This document shows, piece after piece, positions 1 through 5,984 of a stretch of DNA of 32,000 bases; position 1 is the stretch's first letter; every line of letters begins with the position of its first letter. The translations under genes were made by a program, and so were the position numbers. The notes below the pieces were generated by a model, which had not been told where the DNA came from, ran no database searches, and saw only the letters and a list, made by a program, of their open reading frames with translations. Where the stretch lies: assembly GCF_000020385.1 (NCBI RefSeq), contig NC_010814.1:2100001-2132000 (forward strand), given 5' to 3'. The stretch comes from Trichlorobacter lovleyi SZ (GTDB lineage: Bacteria > Desulfobacterota > Desulfuromonadia > Geobacterales > Pseudopelobacteraceae).

Positions 1-988
1 CTTTCTGCAGCACCAGGGCACTCCATTAACAATAGCGCAACAGGGGGCAACCGACCGCAACCTGCTTGCTGCCTATGGCTGTTCCTTATGCGGCCTGTGC
101 GATGCTGTCTGCCCGGAGGGACTCTCACCTTCCGATATGCTGCTTGGCATGCGTCAGGAAGCGGCAACACGCGGCTTGACGGATCTGAAAAAATACGCAC
201 CCTGGCTCAACTATGAGAAGCTGGGGGCATCCCTGTTCTTCCGGCGGGATCTGATCCCGACCGGTTGCACCACCGTTTTTTTCCCGGGCTGTTCTTTACC
301 CGGCACCAGACCGGATGCAGTGCTAGAGCTGTTCAAGCGTCTGCGCCTGATGGAACCAACCGCCGGCCTGGTTCTGGATTGCTGTGGTAAGATATCCCAT
401 GACCTGGGATTAACAGACCATTTCACCGCGCTCTTTGGACGGTTGTCAAAACGGTTACGGCACAAAGGTATCACCCGTATTCTCACCGCCTGCCCCGGCT
501 GCAGCAAGATTCTGCGTAACCATGGAGAAGAGTTTGATGTTACCAGTATCTATGAGGTGCTTGCTGCATGCACCGCACCCTCACGTCCTGCTTCTCCACT
601 CAAAGTCGTGACCATCCATGATCCCTGTCCGGCCCGGTTTGATCCGGCACAGCAAGCCGCTGTCCGGCAACTGGTACAATCTTGCGGGTACCGTATTGAA
701 GAACTGCCCTCCCACGGAACAACCACCCGCTGTTGTGGCCAGGGAGGTATGGTGGAAGGCTGCGTGACCAGTACCATCAAGCAGGAATCCGGGGTTATTG
801 CTGCCGAAGCTGCCGGTCGCCCGGTTATTTCCTCTTGTGCATCCTGCAGTGATAGCATTACAACAGCAACACCGGCAGGCCATGTTGTTGACCTGTTGTT
901 CAGTAAGACCGATTTTTCTGCTAAACCGGTCTCATCGGCCAGACGCTGGTTGAACCGTCTTAAACTGAGATGTGCGAGACTGACATGA
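1..988 (+). CDS. (Fe-S)-binding protein, HdrD/GlcF-like with two CCG cysteine-rich domains; 5' end lies outside the window
   Basis: The frame of the 137..988 ORF stays open back to nt 2 (no stop codon). The extension encodes CSLCGLCDAVCP, a CxxCxxCxxxCP 4Fe-4S motif. Two CCG motifs follow downstream (VLDCCGK and TTRCCGQGG), together with PGCS and DPCP motifs. Confidence 0.8.
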   Translation, partial: FLQHQGTPLTIAQQGATDRNLLAAYGCSLCGLCDAVCPEGLSPSDMLLGMRQEAATRGLTDLKKYAPWLNYEKLGASLFFRRDLIPTGCTTVFFPGCSLPGTRPDAVLELFKRLRLMEPTAGLVLDCCGKISHDLGLTDHFTALFGRLSKRLRHKGITRILTACPGCSKILRNHGEEFDVTSIYEVLAACTAPSRPASPLKVVTIHDPCPARFDPAQQAAVRQLVQSCGYRIEELPSHGTTTRCCGQGGMVEGCVTSTIKQESGVIAAEAAGRPVISSCASCSDSITTATPAGHVVDLLFSKTDFSAKPVSSARRWLNRLKLRCARLT

Positions 989-1716
989 ACATTCAACCAT
1001 TTTCAAGACACTTCAGGCTTCAAAAACTGGTCTTATGTTTAGTCTGGGAATCCTTTCCTTCCTCTGTAGTTCTGCGGCTCTGTGTTGCAATTTTGTTTTG
1101 CTTTGCATTTTTTTGTGTGGAGCCGGCCTTGGCAGACGAAGTCGCCATATCCCGCTTTGCAACAGAAGGACTCAAGGGCTGGGAGTCCAAGAGTTTCAAA
1201 GGCAGCACTGACTACACACTGGTGCAGGAAAACGGTCGCACCGTACTGAAGGCCCATGCCAAATCAGCTGCATCAGGCCTGTCAAAAAAGATTGCATTTC
1301 AACCTGCTACCTACCGCTATCTCAAGTGGAGCTGGAAAATATCCAATACCATTGCTCAGGGCAATGAAAAGAGCAAACAGGGTGATGACTATGCTGCCCG
1401 GGTCTATGTCGTCTTTCCAGGCCGGTTCTTCTGGCAGATGCGAGCCTTAAACTACATCTGGGCCAACAAACTGCCCAAAGGCGAATTTGTCCCCAACGCC
1501 TTTACCTCCAATGCCATGCTGATTGCAGTCGAATCCGGGCCGTCAAAAGCAGGACAGTGGGTTGCTGAAGAACGTGATATCCTGGCTGATTTTCGCCGTG
1601 TGTTTGGCGAAGAGCCGCACGAAGCAGGCGCCATTGCAATCATGACTGATACCGACAATACCGGTGCAGAGGCCACTGCCTGGTACGGAGATATCATCCT
1701 CTCGACAAACCGCTGA
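985..1716 (+). CDS. DUF3047-family exported protein
   Basis: The ATG at 985 overlaps the upstream stop (ATGA). There is a hydrophobic signal-like segment, VVLRLCVAILFCFAFFCVEPALA. The core LKWSWKI...GDDYAARVYVVF matches my recollection of DUF3047. The family call is from memory only. Confidence 0.65.
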   Translation: MNIQPFSRHFRLQKLVLCLVWESFPSSVVLRLCVAILFCFAFFCVEPALADEVAISRFATEGLKGWESKSFKGSTDYTLVQENGRTVLKAHAKSAASGLSKKIAFQPATYRYLKWSWKISNTIAQGNEKSKQGDDYAARVYVVFPGRFFWQMRALNYIWANKLPKGEFVPNAFTSNAMLIAVESGPSKAGQWVAEERDILADFRRVFGEEPHEAGAIAIMTDTDNTGAEATAWYGDIILSTNR

Positions 1717-1769
1717 TGTTCTGTGCTATAATGTCTACCTGTCTGATCAACATATGCAGGAGGCCTGTC

Positions 1770-2384
1770 GTGTGGAAGATCATCTACCGCTGCATGCTTG
1801 TCTGTCTGATCCTTATCAGCTGTTTGCGCAGTACCGATGCAATTGCAGCGACAACTGAAAGGGCGATCTTTGCCGGTGGCTGCTTCTGGTGCATGGAACA
1901 GCCTTTTGATACATTACCGGGCGTTCTGTCGGTCATGCCCGGCTACACCGGCGGCACCAAACCAAATCCAACCTATCAGGATGTCTCTGCCGGTGGTACA
2001 GGCCATGCTGAAGCGGTTGAGATCATCTTTGACCCCAGCAAAATCAGTTATCAAAAATTACTGCAGGTATTCTGGCACAATATAGATCCAACCGTAACTG
2101 ACCGCCAGTTCTGCGACACCGGCCACCAGTACCGGGCAGCAATCTTCCACCTCTCTGAACAACAGCAGAAACAGGCTCTTGCATCAAAAGAAAATATAAA
2201 CAAAATCAAGCGCTTTAAAGAACCGGTGCTGACAGAGATTGTACCTGCCGGTACGTTCTATCCTGCAGAAGAATACCATCGACAGTATTACAAAAAGAAT
2301 CCGTTCAGATACCGTTTCTATCGTGCAAACTGTGGCCGGGACAAACGCCTGAAAGAACTGTGGGGCGCTGTGGCCGGACATTAG
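1770..2384 (+). CDS. msrA: peptide-methionine (S)-S-oxide reductase MsrA, exported
   Basis: Catalytic motif GGCFWCMEQPFD, plus GHAEAVEI and YHRQYY. The GTG at 1770 lies 6 nt after AGGAGG (1758-1763) and gives a signal peptide, WKIIYRCMLVCLILISCLRSTDAIA. The track start at 1716 (TGATG overlap with the upstream stop) is the alternative. Confidence 0.9.
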   Translation: MWKIIYRCMLVCLILISCLRSTDAIAATTERAIFAGGCFWCMEQPFDTLPGVLSVMPGYTGGTKPNPTYQDVSAGGTGHAEAVEIIFDPSKISYQKLLQVFWHNIDPTVTDRQFCDTGHQYRAAIFHLSEQQQKQALASKENINKIKRFKEPVLTEIVPAGTFYPAEEYHRQYYKKNPFRYRFYRANCGRDKRLKELWGAVAGH

Positions 2385-2402
2385 CCGGAAAGGGGTATTG
2401 TC

Positions 2403-2960
2403 ATGAAAATCATGCCACTGCTGGTTGGAGCGATCCTGTTGCCCCTCTTGCTGGCCTGCAGCAACAGTACAACCTCTACAGCCACCACAGCCGCAAAAAC
2501 AGCTTCTGAAGCAACGGTCAAAACCATCAAACTCTATTCCGTTGCCGACAAGGGGTACATCATGAGCGTCAAGGTGATCAAGACTGAAGAGGAATGGAAA
2601 AAGCTGCTGACCCCCCAACAATACAACGTTACCCGTGAAAAGGGTACTGAGGCACCGTTTAGTGGAGCGACCTGGAATACCCATGAAAAAGGTATCTATC
2701 GCTGCATCGGCTGCGGTAACGACCTGTTCAGTTCAGAACACAAGTTTGATTCAGGTACCGGCTGGCCCAGTTTCTGGCAGGCAATTGCACCTGAAAATGT
2801 GACCGAAAAGCCGGATAACAGCCTGTTCATGCGCCGTACCGAAGTGGTCTGCAGCCGCTGTGATGCCCACCTGGGCCATGTCTTCAATGACGGCCCAAAG
2901 CCGACCGGTCTGCGCTACTGCATGAATTCTGCCGCCCTGCAGTTTGTTAAGACCCCCTGA
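2403..2960 (+). CDS. msrB: peptide-methionine (R)-S-oxide reductase MsrB, lipoprotein
   Basis: Lipobox LLLACS. Zn-binding pairs CIGC and [13 protein letters not shown], and the catalytic RYCMNS motif. Confidence 0.92.
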   Translation: MKIMPLLVGAILLPLLLACSNSTTSTATTAAKTASEATVKTIKLYSVADKGYIMSVKVIKTEEEWKKLLTPQQYNVTREKGTEAPFSGATWNTHEKGIYRCIGCGNDLFSSEHKFDSGTGWPSFWQAIAPENVTEKPDNSLFMRRTEVVCSRCDAHLGHVFNDGPKPTGLRYCMNSAALQFVKTP

Positions 2961-4483
2961 TGCCTGCCGCCCCGCTGATACTGCCTGATACACCGCAAAA
3001 CAGGCAGCTGTCTGAAAATGTTCACCCCTGTCACTGGGTTAACCCGGAACCTGCTGAGCGGTACAATCTGGTGGTGATCGGTGCCGGAACAGCCGGTCTG
3101 ATCTGTGCTGCCGGGGCAGCAGGCCTGGGGGCAAAGGTCGCCCTGGTAGAACGCAACCTGATGGGAGGTGACTGCCTCAATACAGGCTGCGTGCCCTCCA
3201 AGGCCCTGATCCGTGCAGCCAGGGCGGTATATGATGCTCGTACCGTTTCCGAGTTTGGCATGCAGGACAGCAACCTTGCCGGCTTTGATTTCAAGGTTGC
3301 CATGGAGCGGATGCAACGCCTGCGTGCCGGCATCAGCCGGCACGATTCTGCCACACGGTTCCGGGATGAACTAGGAGTTGATCTGTTTATTGGCGAAGCA
3401 TGCTTCAGCGGGCCGGACAGTGTACATGTGGATGGTAAGACGCTGCAGTTTAAAAAGGCTGCCATCTGCACCGGAGCCCGGGCAGCGGCGCCACCTGTAC
3501 CCGGGCTGGCTGAAGCCGGGTATCTGACCAATGAGACGGTCTTTTCACTGACTGAACTCCCGCTTCACCTGGCGGTGATTGGGGCCGGTCCGATCGGTTG
3601 TGAGCTGGCCCAGACCTTTTGCCGCTTTGGCAGCAAGGTGACCCTGATTGAGCTGGCCCCCGCCATTCTGGGCCGGGAAGACCGTGATGCAGCCGCAATC
3701 CTGCAGGATGCCTTGATTCGTGAAGGAATTGACCTTCAGCTTGGCGTTAAAATTTCAGCAGTTGAATCCCGAGACGACCAGAAGATTCTGCATCTTGAGA
3801 AGGATGGACACGCCATAAAAATCACTGTTGATCAGATTCTGGTTGGCGTGGGCCGCGCCCCCAACATAGAAGAACTGGCACTGCAGACAGCCGGAGTCGC
3901 GTTTGACAGAAGCGGCGTAAAGGTCAATGACCAGCTGCAGACCACTAACGCGAACATCTATGCTGCCGGCGACGTCTGCTCGGCCTATAAGTTTACCCAT
4001 ATGGCCGATGCCCAGGCCCGGATCCTGCTGGCCAATGCCCTCTTCAAGGGCAGACAGAAGGTGTCGGACCTGATCGTGCCCTGGTGTACCTACACCGATC
4101 CGGAAATAGCACATGTGGGCATGTCCGAACAGGACGCAACAGCCAAAGGGATCAACGTAACCACTCTGACTATTCCGCTTTCTGATATTGACCGTGCGGT
4201 GTTGGATGGAGAAACAGAGGGGTTTGCCAGGGTTCACCTTCACAAAGACACTGACAGGATACTGGGGGCGACCATTGTGGCCCGTCATGCCGGCGAGATG
4301 ATCAATGAATTGACCCTGGCCATCACCAACAACCTTGGTTTAGGCGCCATTGCCCGAACCATCCACCCCTACCCCACCCAGGCAGAGGTGATCAAGAAGC
4401 TGGCTGATAGCTATAACCGTACCCGCCTGACACCGTTTTTGACCCGCCTTTTGTCAGGTTGGCTGAAATGGCAGAGGGGTTGA
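2960..4483 (+). CDS. FAD-dependent pyridine nucleotide-disulfide oxidoreductase (MerA/Lpd-like class I, not a true mercuric reductase)
   Basis: VVIGAGTAGL FAD fold. Redox-active GGDCLNTGCVPSK. A second dinucleotide fold, AVIGAGPIGCE. C-terminal dimerisation motif HPYPTQAEV. There is no NmerA domain and no C-terminal Cys pair. The start overlaps the msrB stop (TGATG). Confidence 0.88.
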   Translation: MPAAPLILPDTPQNRQLSENVHPCHWVNPEPAERYNLVVIGAGTAGLICAAGAAGLGAKVALVERNLMGGDCLNTGCVPSKALIRAARAVYDARTVSEFGMQDSNLAGFDFKVAMERMQRLRAGISRHDSATRFRDELGVDLFIGEACFSGPDSVHVDGKTLQFKKAAICTGARAAAPPVPGLAEAGYLTNETVFSLTELPLHLAVIGAGPIGCELAQTFCRFGSKVTLIELAPAILGREDRDAAAILQDALIREGIDLQLGVKISAVESRDDQKILHLEKDGHAIKITVDQILVGVGRAPNIEELALQTAGVAFDRSGVKVNDQLQTTNANIYAAGDVCSAYKFTHMADAQARILLANALFKGRQKVSDLIVPWCTYTDPEIAHVGMSEQDATAKGINVTTLTIPLSDIDRAVLDGETEGFARVHLHKDTDRILGATIVARHAGEMINELTLAITNNLGLGAIARTIHPYPTQAEVIKKLADSYNRTRLTPFLTRLLSGWLKWQRG

Positions 4484-5301
4484 TGGTCCAGGTACCTGCC
4501 TTAACAGAGACTATCAGGCTGGCTGTATTTATTGGCCTGTTTGCACTGCTTGCTGCAGCTGAACGGCTCTGGCCCAGACGCCCGCTTACGGTTTCCAAAA
4601 GCAGACGCTGGCTGGCAAACATCAGTATCATTGTGGCAGATTCACTGGTGATCCGTCTGTTTTTCCCGATTCTACCGGTAGCGCTGGCAGCCACTGCACA
4701 GGTAAACAACCTGGGCCTGTTCAACCAGCTATCTTTGCCGAGCTGGTTGAACATGACGGCAGGCCTGTTGGTTCTGGACCTGGTCATCTACCTGCAACAC
4801 CGTCTGTTCCACCGTGTACCGCTGCTCTGGCGTCTGCACCGGATGCACCACACCGATCTTGATCTTGATGTATCGACCGGTAATCGCTTTCATCCGTTTG
4901 AAATTGCCCTGTCACTGCTCATCAAGATGGCGATCGTGCTGCTGTTCGGCATAGACCCGCAGACGGTACTGCTGTTTGAAATACTGCTGAATGCCACCTC
5001 GATGTTCAACCATGCCAATCTATCCATTCCCCTGCCAATGGAACGCTGGCTGCGCCTGTTTCTGATTACACCTGACATGCACCGGGTCCATCACTCGGTT
5101 ATCCCGCGAGAGACGGACAGTAATTTCGGCTTCAGCCAGCCCTGGTGGGATCGCCTGTTGGGCACCTACCATGCACAGCCCCGGGACGGACATCTCAACA
5201 TGATGATCGGACTGCGCGAATACCGCAAGCAGGACGAACTGGGAGTCTGGCGCCTGTTGCGCATCCCTTTTGAATCCATTTCTGCCCGGAGAGGCGTGTG
5301 A
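4483..5301 (+). CDS. sterol desaturase / fatty acid hydroxylase superfamily membrane protein
   Basis: Three histidine boxes: HRLFH, HRMHH and HRVHH. Several hydrophobic helices. The ATG at 4483 overlaps the upstream stop (TGATG) and follows GAGGGG. The alternative starts at 4459 (TTG) and 4468 (ATG) cannot be excluded. Confidence 0.8.
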   Translation: MVQVPALTETIRLAVFIGLFALLAAAERLWPRRPLTVSKSRRWLANISIIVADSLVIRLFFPILPVALAATAQVNNLGLFNQLSLPSWLNMTAGLLVLDLVIYLQHRLFHRVPLLWRLHRMHHTDLDLDVSTGNRFHPFEIALSLLIKMAIVLLFGIDPQTVLLFEILLNATSMFNHANLSIPLPMERWLRLFLITPDMHRVHHSVIPRETDSNFGFSQPWWDRLLGTYHAQPRDGHLNMMIGLREYRKQDELGVWRLLRIPFESISARRGV

Positions 5302-5984
5302 AGAGTAAAAAAATCATCCTGGTTCTGACCGGCCTGGCCATTGTGGCCCTGTTCTTTTACCTTGATCTGGGCCGCTATCTGACCCTTGAGAGTCTCAAGG
5401 CCAACCGTCAACTGCTGCAAACATTCTATGCTGATCATACGCTGCTGATGGTGGCAGCCTTCATGGGGGTCTACATCATCCAGACCGGCCTGGCCCTGCC
5501 CGGGGCCACCATCCTGTCGCTCTCTGCAGGCGCCATCTTCGGGCCGGTCATGGGTACGGTCTACGCTGTCAGTGCCGCCTCCATCGGTGCCACCCTCGCC
5601 TTTCTGTTCACCCGCTACCTGCTGCGGGATGCCGTGCTCAGAAGATTCGGCAACAGGCTTGAAGGAATGAACAAGGAGCTTGAAGAACGTGGCATCAACT
5701 ACCTGTTATTCCTGAGGCTAGTCCCACTCTTTCCGTTCTTTTTAATCAATCTGGCTGCGGGGCTGACCCGGCTGCCTTTGCGCACCTTTATGCTGGGCAC
5801 CTTCTTTGGCATCATTCCGGGCGGCTTTGTCTATGTCAACGCCGGGGCAAGCCTGGCCTCCATCAATGACCTGTCTGACATCGCTTCAGCACGGGTGCTG
5901 GGCTCCTTTGCCCTGCTGGGATTGTTTGCGCTGATCCCGGCTCTGTATGCACAATTCAAGAACAGGAACACGACTACCCCATGA
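5298..5984 (+). CDS. TVP38/TMEM64 (DedA-superfamily, SNARE-associated-like) membrane protein
   Basis: The GTG start overlaps the upstream stop (GTGA). It is a polytopic hydrophobic protein. The motifs LFLRLVPLFPFFLINLAAGLT and FGIIPG are typical of the family as I recall it. Confidence 0.78.
   Translation: MKSKKIILVLTGLAIVALFFYLDLGRYLTLESLKANRQLLQTFYADHTLLMVAAFMGVYIIQTGLALPGATILSLSAGAIFGPVMGTVYAVSAASIGATLAFLFTRYLLRDAVLRRFGNRLEGMNKELEERGINYLLFLRLVPLFPFFLINLAAGLTRLPLRTFMLGTFFGIIPGGFVYVNAGASLASINDLSDIASARVLGSFALLGLFALIPALYAQFKNRNTTTP

Noticed and set aside
2960-4483. Calling this gene mercuric reductase merA.
   Set aside because: It has no N-terminal heavy-metal-binding domain and no C-terminal vicinal cysteine pair. 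No mer operon genes (merR/T/P) are nearby. Only the generic class I disulfide reductase features are present.
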